Source: Camelus dromedarius
Lineage: Eukaryota
Reading direction: 5' to 3'
NCBI RefSeq assembly: GCF_036321535.1
Contig: NC_087436.1
Span: forward strand, 73,348,001 to 73,412,000
Length of the DNA stretch: 64,000 nucleotides
Shown here: in pieces, positions 13,801 through 25,670 of the stretch
Position numbering within the stretch: the stretch's first letter is position 1
Layout of the letters: the number at the start of each line of letters is the position of its first letter
The notes under the pieces: model-generated
What the model was told of the DNA's origin: nothing
What the model saw: only the letters and a program-made list of their open reading frames with translations
Database searches by the model: none
Program-made: the position numbers and the translations under genes

Positions 13801-16800
13801 CACTATGACTGCCACTGGCAAAGACTGAACTCCCCAGTAAGCATAGCCAGAAAATAAGAGGAATCTGTCTCAAGTTGTAGGATGAGACAAGGCATAATAG
13901 AAACATGGGAACAATGGTGCAGTCCCACACCCCCCAACAAGCTTTCTCCAATTTAACACCACTCATCTACCCTACCTATCTTGAGAAATATATGTGCCAT
14001 ATCCAATATGGTATAAGTAACTGCAAGGTTTGCCTATTTCTTCCTCCTCTCAAGAAAAATAAAAAAGAAAACGGACATCTTACAATTACAATTTTTTTAA
14101 ATCCCATCACATACTCACTCTTTCAACATTTCTTCATAACACGTTCTGAAAGTAAACATAATATTATTTTAGTAAAGCAAAAAGCATCTCCACTATTTTC
14201 AAACATTTTTGAGGAAAAATACAGGTTACTTTACCTATGTAGAAGATGTCCACATGGCAAGACATGAGCAACAATACGGGATGTGTGAATGTCCTGTAAA
14301 AGTAAACAAACATTAGTGCTTACATGAAGACAATATTATAAATACCCAGTATTTCAAATTCAAGAGAGGATATTTCCAAAGCAAAAAATACTTTAAGCTT
14401 ACCTCCAAACATATTGGACAATCCTGCCGGGAAACATTTTCAATACACTGTTCAAAACGGAAACTAAAATTACCACAAGCTTAACTAGATGGAAATGATA
14501 TAACTAATAAAAACTAACAATGGAAACAGTATCAACTTACTAAAGATAGTAATTATTAACATTAATGCATGTTTCTTATACATCAGACAAGAACTGACTG
14601 ATAAACTCACAACTATTTCAGGCTTTGCACATTACCTGAAACAATGAAATTGCTTATTACACCTTATTCAAATTATCTTTATTTTACAGATAAGGAAATT
14701 TAGTTGAGCCAAGATTTACCAAACACTCAGAGATAACAATGTTTGGAACCCTTTTATTTTATATGTCTTTTACTCTAAAGCTAAACTGCTTAATAATGCT
14801 ATTAATAGTAACAGTTTATATTACAGAGTTTTTACTACATGCCATATATCAAGTTTAATACCAGCATTAGCTCATTAATTCCCACAACTCTAAATGAAAC
14901 AGGTACAATTATTACCCCATTTTACAGGTGAGGTATTTGAGGCCCAGAGAAGCTAAATAACTCCCAAAATTACACACTAGCAAGAGGTAAAAATATAATT
15001 TGAGCACCAACAGTCTGCACCCATGGCCTGCATTCTTAACTTCACAAGACAGTGTCTGATTAGGTGTGGGGAGATAAAAGAAAGCACCAAACTATGGACG
15101 ATGCCCAGGTTTTTTTAAGCACTTAAGTAGATGTAGGACCATTTACTAACATAGACAGTAAAAAACAACTGAGAAATCAAATAAAAACACCACAAGAGAA
15201 AGTAAATATACAGTTTCCTAAAGACAGCATGGCATATCTTGCTATCACCCCAAACTCAAGTCTGTAAAACCCAACTCAATCTTGTATCTTCTACAAATTT
15301 CAATCTATTAATCAAGTACTTTAAGCCAGGGCTAAAAACCTTGGGAGTCATCTTTATTCAGCCCCGTTCTTTCTCCTTCATACCTTGTCACCATATCCCA
15401 TATGTTCATTACTCAACTCAATTTCTCTCACCACTTTAGGATTTTAGGCACATTATTATCTAGTATCTATTTTTTAAAAACCCTCATTAGTCTCTCCATT
15501 CTGTAAATTACTGGATAGAATCAGTAATATAAATGACAGTTTATTAGATTTTTTCCTAAATAATGAAAAATAATTTTTAAAGGGCCTGGGATCATGATAC
15601 AACAGCTACATCCAAATTAAAAGTATTTCTGTCTAATTATGAAAGAAATACTGAATTTTCTTGGAATGCTGTGCTAACAAAAGGTTACACTGCTCTGTAT
15701 TTCTCCTGTACTAGACATTTTGAAAGCTATTCTTAAAACCAGTACCATAAGCTAATTTAGAAGTTGTCTACATTTACTAATAATTGATATAAGAATTCTT
15801 ACACCTATAAAGAAAAGGAACTGTAGACCAGAAATTCTGAGGTGTATACTTTAGAACATCTACTTCTTAATAATGCTTAAAAATAAAAAGCGATACAGTT
15901 GAGCTTGGTAATATCTGATAATTAGCATGCTTTTAAACAAATTAGGATTTAAGCTGTTTTCAAAAACATTGTAATACTTTTCAAATCTCACAAACTGAAT
16001 TATATACCTTGTGCTTTCCTCGGAGATTCATAGCGAGGCATAAGTTACATTTCGAACAGTGGAAAAAATCTTCCTTTGGACCAATCCTAAAAAATACATG
16101 AAAAACTAAAGATTAGATTCGTTTTTTACTACAGTGATTTGTTCATTACAAAGGTTCAGTTTCACTGTAAAGAAAGTTCAAACCACACTGAGGAATATGA
16201 GGTACACCCCTACCTTCCCAACATCACTCCCCAAATGTAAGCACTATCAACAGAATGGTATCTACTCTTCCATGTTTTTACTACAAAATTGCACATATAT
16301 ATACATACATACACACTTAGGGTTTTATTTTTTACATAAATGGATTCTTTCTACACATCCTGTTCTGAAACATTTTTTCCACTTCACAATCTTTCCTGAA
16401 GAGTATTCTATGAATGACTACATATGACCTCATTCTTCTTTATAGTTACATTGTACTACATGGTATGGATATGTCATAATTTTTTAGTATTCCTTTATTA
16501 TATACTTTACTATCTTTAGTTAATACAATATATAATAAATATCCGTATACACACATCACTTAACCTATATGTTGATGATTTTTATAAGTTTCCTAAAAGT
16601 GAAACTATGGAGTCAGAGGGCACTGCATCATCAGTTCTTATACTGCCAAACCGACCTCCAAAGATACACTAACTTATACTTCCACAACAGTGCGTGACAG
16701 CACCCATGCTCCCCACTCCTAGCCAACACTGGTTACCTATATGACAGACAACTAAAAAATGTCATTTTAATTTGTATTTTTCAAATGAGACAGAGCACAT

Positions 16801-19800
16801 TTTAATGTTTATGAACTATCTGGATTTCTCTTGTGGATTTTCTATTCATGTACCCGGTTCATTTTTCTACTAGGGTATTTGTCTTTTAATCAATTTAAAG
16901 GAGCTCTTTTTATTTTTTAATTGAAGTATGTAACTGATTTACAATATCATATTAGTTTCAAGTGTAGAGCATAGTGATCAAATATTTTTATAAATTATAC
17001 TCTATTTAGAGTTATTACAAAGTAATGGTTATGTTTTCCTGTGCGGTACCATATATTCTTGCTGCTTATCTATTTTATGCATAGGAGTCTGTATCTCTTA
17101 ATCACCTACCCCTGTATCTTATCTCTCCCTCCCATCTTTCTCACCACTTGGTATCCACTAATTTGTTTTCTGTATCTGTGAGTTGGTTTTTATTTTGTTA
17201 TATACATTCGTTTCTTTTATTTTTTAGATTCCACATGTAAGCGATAACATACATCATTTGTCTTTCTCTGACTTTTCCTAAGCATATTCTGTAGGTCCAT
17301 CCATGGCATCGTAAATGGCAGAATTTCACTGTTTTCTATAGCTGAGTAACATTCCATTTTGTGTCTCTGTGTATATGTGTATGTATATACACAATAATAC
17401 ATCTTCTTTAACCATTCATCTGTTGGTGTACACTTGGGTTGCTTCCATATCTTGGCTACTGTAAATAATGCTGTTTATGAACATTGGGGTGCCTTTGTTG
17501 AATTAGTGTTTTCATTTTTTTCAGATATGTTACCCAGGAACAGAAGAGCATGTGGTCGTTATATTTTTAGTTTTTTGAGGAACCTAATTTAAAGGAACTC
17601 TTTACATATCTTGGGTATTAATTTTTTTCATTTGCATATGCTACAATTACTTTTCTGGTATATCATCTTTTTTTTTTTTTTTGGTATGTTTTGTCATACA
17701 GCCATTTTAATGCCTGTGTAATAAAAAGCCAATGATACTCTCCTTTATGGCTTATGCTCCTGCCTCTTGTTTTAGAAAAACTTTTGAAACCTATAGGTCA
17801 TAAACATATACACTTCTAATACTATGACTTTTAATTTTTATATTTTGTTTCCATCCATTTGAAATGTAGTATGTACAGTAAACATGAGATTGCTAGTTGT
17901 CCCCAAATTTATTTTATCCCCTTCTTGGACAACAACAGAACATTTAGCTAGGCACAGGGCTGCCTGAATAAACACTATTTTCTAACTTCTCTGGAGGTTG
18001 TGAACAGAAGATACAAATGAAAATTCTATTCTGTGCCCTCAGGAGAAAAGAGTATAACTTTCTTTCACCTATTTTCCCCTTTCCACTGACCAGAATATGA
18101 GGTCTTTTAAACCATGCAGACAAGAAAATATCTTATGGACGGCCAGGCAAAAAAAATAACTACATGGTTCAGATTTTTCCATGAGAAATATAAACTTCTG
18201 TCTTTCTTGAGCCACTTGTTAATTTGGGTTTCTGTTGCAACACATTAAAAACGTATTCTAATGAATGCACAGTTTTAGCAATCAATTTTTGTTTCCCAAA
18301 TGGGTAATTAATTACCTTAATGTCCTTTCCCCTGATTTGAAATATCACTTGTTATAAATTCATATTTATAAATATGTGAATGTATATACACAAAGTGTTT
18401 TTCCCTTTATCAATGTCTATTCTTTCACAAAGAACACACCGTTCAAATTACTGTAACTTTACCATGTTTTGAAACGTGCAAAGGCAATCCCCTCCTTTTT
18501 CTTCCTTTTCAAAATCTGCTTAGCTGTGAATTTTCTCTTCCAGATGAAATTTACAATCAGCCTATCAAGTTCCACAGGTAAAACCCTGCAGGGAAGCTTT
18601 CCACTACTGCCCAAGATAGAATAACAGACAGAGACTGGATCTACCCTCCTCCCTAAAACAACCACAAAACCCAAACAAGATCTACGAAACAAGTTTCACT
18701 GAACATCAGGCAATGAAAGACAAGGATCTGTGAGATACAGGAAACAAATTAAGTGAACCCTACAACCGCCCCAGCTTATTGCCTAGAGCATTTTCAGGTA
18801 GTAGGACAAGCTGGAGGAGGTGAGGCAGAGCCAGGAAGACTTCCTGATTGAGAAGATGAACTGAGAGTCCAAGGAAACCAAAGCAGCTGGAGTTCACAGG
18901 ACAGAGTACGAGAGAGGGCAGAGCTGCACGGAGGAACCTCTCAAGTTTAGCAGGATACACATCAGTGCATGCATGTGCGAAACCACCCAAGGCCAGGGAA
19001 AGAATCATTCAAGGGAACTAAAGGCACAGTGCTCGCCTTTCACACATGGCCAGGATCAGTGCTTATTTCCATAAGTCAGACTGGAAAACCTTAGAATTCA
19101 TGGAGTATCAGGTAGAGTACTTGGAAGGTACTGCCTCAGTAGTGAGGAATGATTACTCCTAGAACAAGCACACCTCCAGATCCATCTAACAAATTATAAG
19201 AGCAAGTCCCAAAAGTTCCAAACTGTTTCCAAGTAACTTAACTGCATCACAAAATAAAGCTCAAAAAAACTTATAGGAATATAAAAATATTCAGCACCCA
19301 ACATGGTAAAAATCACAATGCTTGGTGTCCAATCGACAATGACCAGGCATGCAAAGAGGCAGGAAAACCTAACCCAAAAAGAGAAGAATAGTCAATCAAT
19401 CAAAATTAATTCAGAAATGACACAGATGTTAGAATTAGCAGAGAAGGACATTAAACCAATTATTATAACCGTATTCCATAACCTCAAATAGTATAGACAT
19501 GAAAGATATAAAAAAGACCCAAATTAAACTTCTAGATAAAAACTAGAAACAGTTGTTTGCTTATGATTTCTACATCTTTTGGTATGTTTTTTTATTCTTC
19601 CTTGCAAACTGAAAGAAAGTGATTTAAAATTCTCCAATGGGAACAAGGAGAAAGGACTGACATAGAACACTTAGAGCTCCAACAGCAACACTCCATTTCC
19701 TAAAATGAGTGGCCTGTTGTACTAGCATACTTTAAAACACACATATGTTACATATACGCTTTTGTATATATCTAACACTTCAGGATTTTTAGAAAGAAAA

Positions 19801-22800
19801 AAGTTCCAATATACCAACATGCCAGTAGCAGCTTGTCAGTGAGCGGTTGGACTGCAGGTTGGTTCATTTTCTATTCTTTCTACTTTTCTGTATTTTCCAA
19901 TTTTTAAGCCTGAATTGACTTTATCAAAATTTCTGATATTTTTTCAAGAAGTAATTTATAAAAAGGAAAAATCTGCCCTAACTTTCTACCTTAGTTGCCA
20001 ACAAAACACTTCATATAAAAGCATACTTTCTACCCCAAAGTTAAAATTTTAAATACATTTTAAATTGTTGATGGGCTAGTTAAATGATTATTGCAAAAGA
20101 GGCATAAAAAAACTTTTTAGAATAATGGAAATTTTTTAATCTTGTGTTGGTAGTAACACAGGATATGTATTTGTCAAAAGTTACAGAACTGGACACTTAA
20201 AATGAATGCACTTTATAAGATGCAATTATATTCCAATTAAGTTTGATTTTAAAAACTGTATTGCTCAGATATATTACAAGTAATTAGGAAAGGACATTTT
20301 ACATACAGTACCTACAAATTCCACAGTTTTCACAATGATACTGTTTCTTGTCCTTGTCAAATAGATGGCATATACTGCAATAATATTCTCCAAACAATGT
20401 GCTACATTCTTCACAAGTCTGTTGTGCCTAAAAAAAAAAACTAAAAAATTAGAATAAATGTATCAAAACATTTTGAATTACTATTTGAATATCCAGAATT
20501 TTTGTTAACATGTTTTATCTTTATAACTTTGAAAACATTTAAATCCAAGATATTGCTACTTTAAGAGTTAAAGAAGTCTTATTTACAATACTTTTAAATT
20601 TCTTAAACCACCTTAGTAAAAAATTTTTTAAAAGATAATAGAAATATGTGATAAAATCTTACATGTTGAATTTTTTCACAGTTTATGCACTGCACTTCCT
20701 TTACTTTAAAGCGATCTAGCTGATGATCTTCATGTTTATCATGACACAACCGGCAAGTATACAGCTTGTCACAACAAGGTGCCTAAACCCCAGGAGAGAA
20801 AAAGAGTTATAAGAAGCAAGAGAAGACAAGTTTGTAATGTAAAAAGAAATGTCTTTCCTCCTCCTCCTGGAACAAGGTCAAAGATTACAACCAGTAACTC
20901 ATTTGGTAAACTGATCCTAAACATAACATTTCACTGTTTTCCCTTCAACACCTATACATCTGTATCAAGTTGAACACAACCTTGTCCTCAAAGACAGAAG
21001 AATTGTGAAGGATGGCAGTACAGACTGAAAAACTAATCTCACAACACCCTAAATTCATTTTCAACCTAAATGGCAGGCAGACAACTTCTATTCAGACATT
21101 TTCAGATAAATTCATTTACCTATTTCAACCCCTAAGCATTAAATATTATAAAGATTATATTTTAGTTCACTGATGTTTATTAACCATCAACTATGTCCCT
21201 GATACTTTAAAGGACGCAATAAAGATAGTCCTTGTTTTCAAGAGTGGCAAAGACTAACAGCTGTTCAACAAAATCTGCTCTCTCCTCCTTCCTGGGCACA
21301 GGATTACCCAGCTGTACTACAGTTTCCTTAATGTTAGCTGTAGCCAAGTGACTAAGTTCTTACCAACAGAATATGAGCAGAAACATTCAGTGCCACTCCT
21401 AGGCCTGAATATTAAGCAACTGGGCATGCCTCCTCCCTGCTCCCTTCTCCCTTTCCAACAGCTGAAACCTGGATATGGCAGCAACTCAGCTGATGACTAT
21501 ATGCCCTAAAACATGGCAAAATAACGCAATGGGAAAAGACCTGTCCCTGGAGTGATCCTATGGAACAAAGCCTCATTTCCAAACTGGATGACTTACCTTG
21601 AATTGTTAGGTAAGAATAAATAAACTCTATCCTTTAGTTCACTTACTATTGAGACTTTTTGTTACAGCAACTTAGCCTTACCCTAACTAGTACATCAAGA
21701 AGTTTCCAGGCCAGTAAGCTAACCTAACACTTTCTAGTACACTGTGACCTTTCAAATTCCCTTATTTCTGAAGACTTCCTATGCTGTGACTTCCTGTAAC
21801 ACAGTTCCTTCCTTATTTAACACTCAACTGGCTCCCTTTCTTTCCAATTCTACTTTTGTCCTAAATCTTAGTGACCTGCACATTCAATGGTAATCCCTCC
21901 AACACCCTGAGCTCTCCGTCCCTTTCTCACTTCCAATGGCCTTGTCCTCCAAGGCTCCTCAGCCACGTACTCTCAGGCATACCACAGTGGTTCTCAAATG
22001 TTATGGCTTCAGGACCCATTTACACTCTTAAAAATTAGTAAGGATCCCAAAGAGGTTTTGTTTATGTGAATTATATCTATTGATACTTACCATATTATAA
22101 ATTAAAACTCAAAAGATTTTTTAAATACTTACTTCTTTCTAAAATAGCAACCAATTACATGTTAACATAAGTAACATATTTGAATGAAAAATGGCTACAT
22201 TTTCCCACAAAATAGGTAGATTCTCATATCTGTTTCTGTATTCAATCAGTTTTGGTTAAGTATATAAAGAAACTTTGGCCTTACACAAATATGCAGTTGG
22301 AAAAGGGAGGTGTATTTTAACAGCTTTTTCAGAGAATTATGGATATTATTCTCTGATACTACACCAAAACTCAACAACTCTTAAAAACCACTAGCTACAA
22401 CATGGAATCTGAAATTAATCAGTGAACTTTTCTGCCTGTTATATTAAAATCCATTGATCTATCTTGCATTTTGAATGGACCTTTTATTCATGCATTGGTC
22501 ATTTGGAAAATACCAATTCACTGAGTTATGCACATCTTCCCAATGTGCCCACAACCGATATGCAGTATCAAAAAATCACATTAACATCACTACCCATATT
22601 ATCAGAAAAGTCTTTAGGTACTGTGAAGCTTTCAAGCTAAGAAAGGCTAACACAAGTTTGTAAAATTCTAATTTTTACATGAAAGTTTGAATTTTGTCAC
22701 TGCTGACTGTCTTCCTTGTAATGAGTGTCTAATTTCCCTATTTGAGAAAATATCCACCAAATACACAAGTTTGAAAAACTACAGTTCAAGTAAAAAGTGT

Positions 22801-25437
22801 GCCACTAAAAAAGGAACTAGTTCAGTTCATAATCCAGTTGTATAAGAGCTTCTCCTCAGAACAATCACCTAACTTCAGTTTGCAGAAGTGCTTGATGAAA
22901 ACATCCCATTTCATCAAACATATAAAAAGACATGACTTCAAGGACTGGGATTTTATACAACTGATAATTTTATTGCTTTAATTTTATCAATGACACTTTA
23001 AGTGAAACTTTCTTTTTTTAAACTACAGGTGTAATACAGTTCAGTGCCACTGCCTTGATTCATGCTAAGGTGCCAGCAGTTTTAACTGTTAGTCTTACAC
23101 ACGCTGAAAAAGACAAGTAATGTCTTAGTATTAGAATGTAGTTTTCTAACGGCCCTCAGGAATCCCCAGGAGGCCAGTCACCATACTTTCAGAACCACTA
23201 CTCTAGAACAAGAACTGAATCCTGTTTGTATCTTAATCTCAAGTATGAAATTCTCTAACCACTCCACCCTCTCTTTTTCAACTCATTCCAGTTCCTCCCT
23301 TGCACATACCCCAGTTTCTTCCTTCTCTCTTCCTCTACATACTCACCTACCCAGAATCCCAACTCTGGTTAAATCCAATTGTCGCCTACTCAACCTGCAT
23401 AGGAACAGATAAATATGGCTAAAGTAAAAGCACCACCACACTGGCTGGTCTCTCTTGTAAGTCATAATCACTAATAAAAAGTAGGCTCTTACTTCCATGT
23501 TTCCCTAGTCAATTCCCTCATTCTTCTAGAGTCTAGCACCTAAGACCTAGATGATTACTTCACATCTCCTTTCTCTTTAAACCTCAAACACCCCTTCTTC
23601 CCCACTTACTGATGACCTTGCTTATTTCACTGTGAAATAGAAATAATCAAAAGAGAACATCCTCCCACAAACTCTGTCAACCTACTTGCAGATGTATGTC
23701 ACTGTTCTTCCTTCTGTAGTCTACAGCCCATGTTTTCATCTAAAGCCACCTCCTCTACTCATGCACTGGAACCAATCTTCTGCTGGGCTACTCAAAGGCA
23801 GAGCTCCTAGTTTTCCCTCTCCCTCCTGCATGATAAATTGGGTCATTTCTAAGAATATACAAATATGCTGCAACACCTCCCATCTTAAGGGAAAAAAAAC
23901 CCATGATCCCAATCTCCCAGCAACGACAGCATCATTTTATTTAATTTATTTATTTTGCTCTCTTTCACAGCAAAACTCTAAGAATTGTCTACAAAAGCCA
24001 TTTTCATTTCCACTATCGCCCTTCTCTCTTGAATCCGTGCCAAGCAGGCTTTGTCCTTATGCCTCCACTGAAACTTTTCTTGTCAGGATCACCAGTGACC
24101 TCCTTGCCAAATTTAAACGTCAATTTTCAGTTCTCATCTTACCCAAACAGCAGCATTTGATTTGGTTGGTTACTTCCTCCTTAAAACTCTTCACTAGGTC
24201 TCTGATATTTAACAAAGCTGGGGAGGCAAAAAAGCATTTTCTACTCATGGTCAAGTATCTCAGTGCTCTAAAACACAAATGTTACCTGCGTGGTTTCTTG
24301 GGGAGATGAGATGAGGGCTAAGATGCTGAATTCAGTTTTAGGCCTCAAGTTTGAAACTAACAGAACATCTCAGTGGAAATGGAATCATAAGGATAGCATT
24401 CAGTTTCCTTACAGAACACCCGGTGAATGACCTACTGTCAAAGAGCTTCATCCAGTGCGCAACGTTCACCACACCACAGCCTACAGAAAAGGCTTTAGGC
24501 TGTCCTTACAGGCCTCGTAATTTTTTTTTTTTTATTAAACAGGAACTTCTATCACCCCTATTTTACACATGGGGCACTTAAATAGTAGTTTTCTCAAAAG
24601 TACTGTGTTATTAAGGAGCAGAGCTAAGATCTGGGAGTAGGACTAGGGAATTTCAAAGCTGAAGCTTTCTAAGCAAAATCTTTTAACTGCTTCTTGCAAG
24701 AAAAATTAACTAACTTTAACTGGATGGATGCCAGTTTTTAAAGTTCTAGATTGGCGAGGAATTTTTCTCAAACAGCAAAAGTAACAGTGGATACATACTA
24801 AGCATTCTCCTATACATAAGTTCCTATTTAGTGGCAATTACATGACTATTTTCCTATTCCACACAGGTTTTTCTCCTTGGCAGGCTAAGGCATACTCACT
24901 GCCACTAAAATAAAGCTGGCAAGCTATAAAACGTATTTACTACGGGAGGTAAAACCGTACTCCGATTCTCCTCCACTTGTTTATCCCGATTCTGCTATTT
25001 CATCACACACCTGTAAGTGATCCTGGGAAAAAGCCAGCACAGGCCTGGGGATGCCTCAGTCTACTTTCAGCAGCAAAGGACTAAATAAATAAACCGATTG
25101 ACAAAGTAACCGATGTGCAAGCCCATGCTCTTCCCAAGCAAGAAGAGTTCTGCTTATAAAATACAAAACAGGAGGAAAGGTGAGCCGTGACAAAAACGCT
25201 CTCGACCGCAGGAACCCAGGTACGTGAAGGAAGGCATTCTGACAAACAGCTTGGCCTCAAAGTTAGCCCAACCTAACCGCCTGCCCACCCCGCCCCCAGC
25301 CCGGCCCGGCGGAAGCTCGGAGGGGAAGAGCCCAGTGAAGTCGTCACCTTCAGGAGACATCCTCTGTCATAATGCTCGCAGCCCCGCTGCCCTTGCTCCT
25401 CTCCGCGGGCGCCATCTTCCCGCGCCGAGGCAGCCAT
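10735..25437 (-). CDS. RCHY1: RING finger and CHY zinc finger domain-containing protein 1 (Pirh2 E3 ubiquitin ligase), spliced CDS, 9 exons, 261 aa
   Basis: complement(join(10735..10863,12916..13036,14119..14145,14235..14293,14403..14447,16008..16086,20312..20427,20663..20782,25348..25437)) = 786 nt. All introns are GT-AG and the frame is open. The translation MAASAREDG...[26 protein letters not shown]...CPICLEDIHTSR...[23 protein letters not shown]...ISLDQQ* matches Pirh2 as I recall it (CHY zinc finger, RING-H2, C-terminal zinc ribbon). Confidence 0.98.
11450..12055 (+). mobile_element. Two L1 3'-UTR fragments in RCHY1 intron 8 (younger about 11450-11706 with poly-A; older L1M about 11840-12055)
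   Basis: tatagcacagggaactat...caatatcttgtaataacc followed by an A tail; tatgtgaattatatctcaataaagctg L1M terminus. Confidence 0.75.
12916..13036 (-). CDS. RCHY1: RCHY1 exon 8 ([40 protein letters not shown])
   Basis: Acceptor ttctag|A, donor GAT|gtgagt; 121 nt. Confidence 0.97.
13431..13536 (-). mobile_element. tRNA-derived SINE (Vic-1-like) with 17-bp target-site duplication
   Basis: A and B boxes on the minus strand; TSD atattatttcctttcta (13414-13430) / atattacttcctttcta (13537-13553). Confidence 0.9.
14119..14145 (-). CDS. RCHY1: RCHY1 exon 7, 27-nt microexon (TCYEEMLKE)
   Basis: Acceptor ttcag|A, donor GA|gtgagt; phase 2 at both ends. Confidence 0.95.
14235..14293 (-). CDS. RCHY1: RCHY1 exon 6 ([20 protein letters not shown])
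   Basis: Acceptor tacag|GAC, donor AG|gtaaag; 59 nt; RING-H2 core. Confidence 0.96.
14403..14447 (-). CDS. RCHY1: RCHY1 exon 5 ([15 protein letters not shown])
   Basis: Acceptor aacag|TGT, donor GAG|gtaagc; 45 nt. Confidence 0.96.
14800..15045 (-). mobile_element. MIR SINE
   Basis: attattaccccattttacaggtgaggtatttgaggcccagaga core. Confidence 0.65.
16008..16086 (-). CDS. RCHY1: RCHY1 exon 4 ([26 protein letters not shown])
   Basis: Acceptor tttag|G, donor AAG|gtatat; 79 nt. Confidence 0.97.
16905..17585 (-). mobile_element. L1 3' end nested in an older L1M (about 16150-18580)
   Basis: ORF 17217..17402 ([22 protein letters not shown]) is the L1 ORF2 tail; T-rich tail at about 16905. Confidence 0.8.
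17880..18272 (+). mobile_element. MaLR LTR (MLT1-type)
   Basis: tagctaggcacagggctgcctg...ttgagccacttgttaatttgggtttctgtt...aatgca motifs. Confidence 0.55.
18590..19545 (+). mobile_element. Old L1M 5' UTR / ORF1-start fragment
   Basis: ccaagatagaataacag...ggatctaccctcc start; ORF 19303..19491 (RHAKRQEN...[14 protein letters not shown]) resembles the N-terminus of an ancient L1 ORF1. Confidence 0.6.
20312..20427 (-). CDS. RCHY1: RCHY1 exon 3 ([39 protein letters not shown])
   Basis: Acceptor ttttag|GCA, donor AG|gtactg; 116 nt. Confidence 0.97.
20663..20782 (-). CDS. RCHY1: RCHY1 exon 2 ([40 protein letters not shown])
   Basis: Acceptor tttag|GCA, donor CAT|gtaaga; 120 nt. Confidence 0.97.
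21250..21693 (+). mobile_element. MaLR LTR (MLT1J-like)
   Basis: gccaagtgactaagttcttaccaacagaatatgagcagaa core; AATAAA; ends gttacagcaacttagccttaccctaactagtaca. Confidence 0.7.
21985..23200. mobile_element. hAT-Charlie DNA transposon (Charlie1-type internal-deletion derivative) inserted in an L2
   Basis: Terminal inverted repeats CAGTGGTTCTCAAA (21985) and TTTCAGAACCACTA (ending 23200); diagnostic caggaccc...tacactcttaaaaatt subterminal sequence. Confidence 0.8.
23201..24200 (+). mobile_element. L2 ORF2 remnant (continues about 21860-21984 left of the Charlie element)
   Basis: ctgatgaccttgcttatttcactg...aatagaa and ctccactgaaac...gatcaccagtgacctcc motifs. Confidence 0.7.
25348..25437 (-). 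CDS. RCHY1: RCHY1 coding exon 1 ([30 protein letters not shown])
   Basis: ATG at 25437 in GAGATGG context; 90 nt; donor AAG|GTGACG. Confidence 0.96.
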
Positions 25438-25599
25438 CTCCTCCACCTCCCCTCGCACTCCAAGAACCCTTCCCCGAGGATGAAAACTGAGCCCGCAGCA
25501 GCAGCACCGCTCTAGCCCACCGCTTCCCGGCTGCAGCTGCCACCGGAACCAAGATGGCGGTGGATCACGTGACCCGGGGCAGCCGGATTTCCGGTTCCC

Positions 25600-25670
25600 A
25601 GGACGACGGGCCGGAAGCGAAAGGAGACGCAATCTCTGTCGTCGGCGTTAGTCGGCTTTCGCTGCTAACG
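25600..25670 (+). other. THAP6: Probable non-coding first exon of THAP6 (start uncertain)
   Basis: The ATG-bearing exon has a clear acceptor (ttttctttcag|26593), so an upstream exon is required. A candidate donor ACG|gtaata lies at 25670/25671 in the CpG island. Confidence 0.4.

Noticed and set aside
23686..24309. Longest ORF in the window (207 aa)
   Set aside because: Lies in a decayed L2, starts at a non-ATG codon, and has no recognisable domain or splice context.
25438..25632. Stop-free in-frame extension upstream of the RCHY1 ATG
   Set aside because: Starts at TTG, probably beyond the transcription start; lack of stops is expected in a GC-rich island; the 261-aa protein is already complete.
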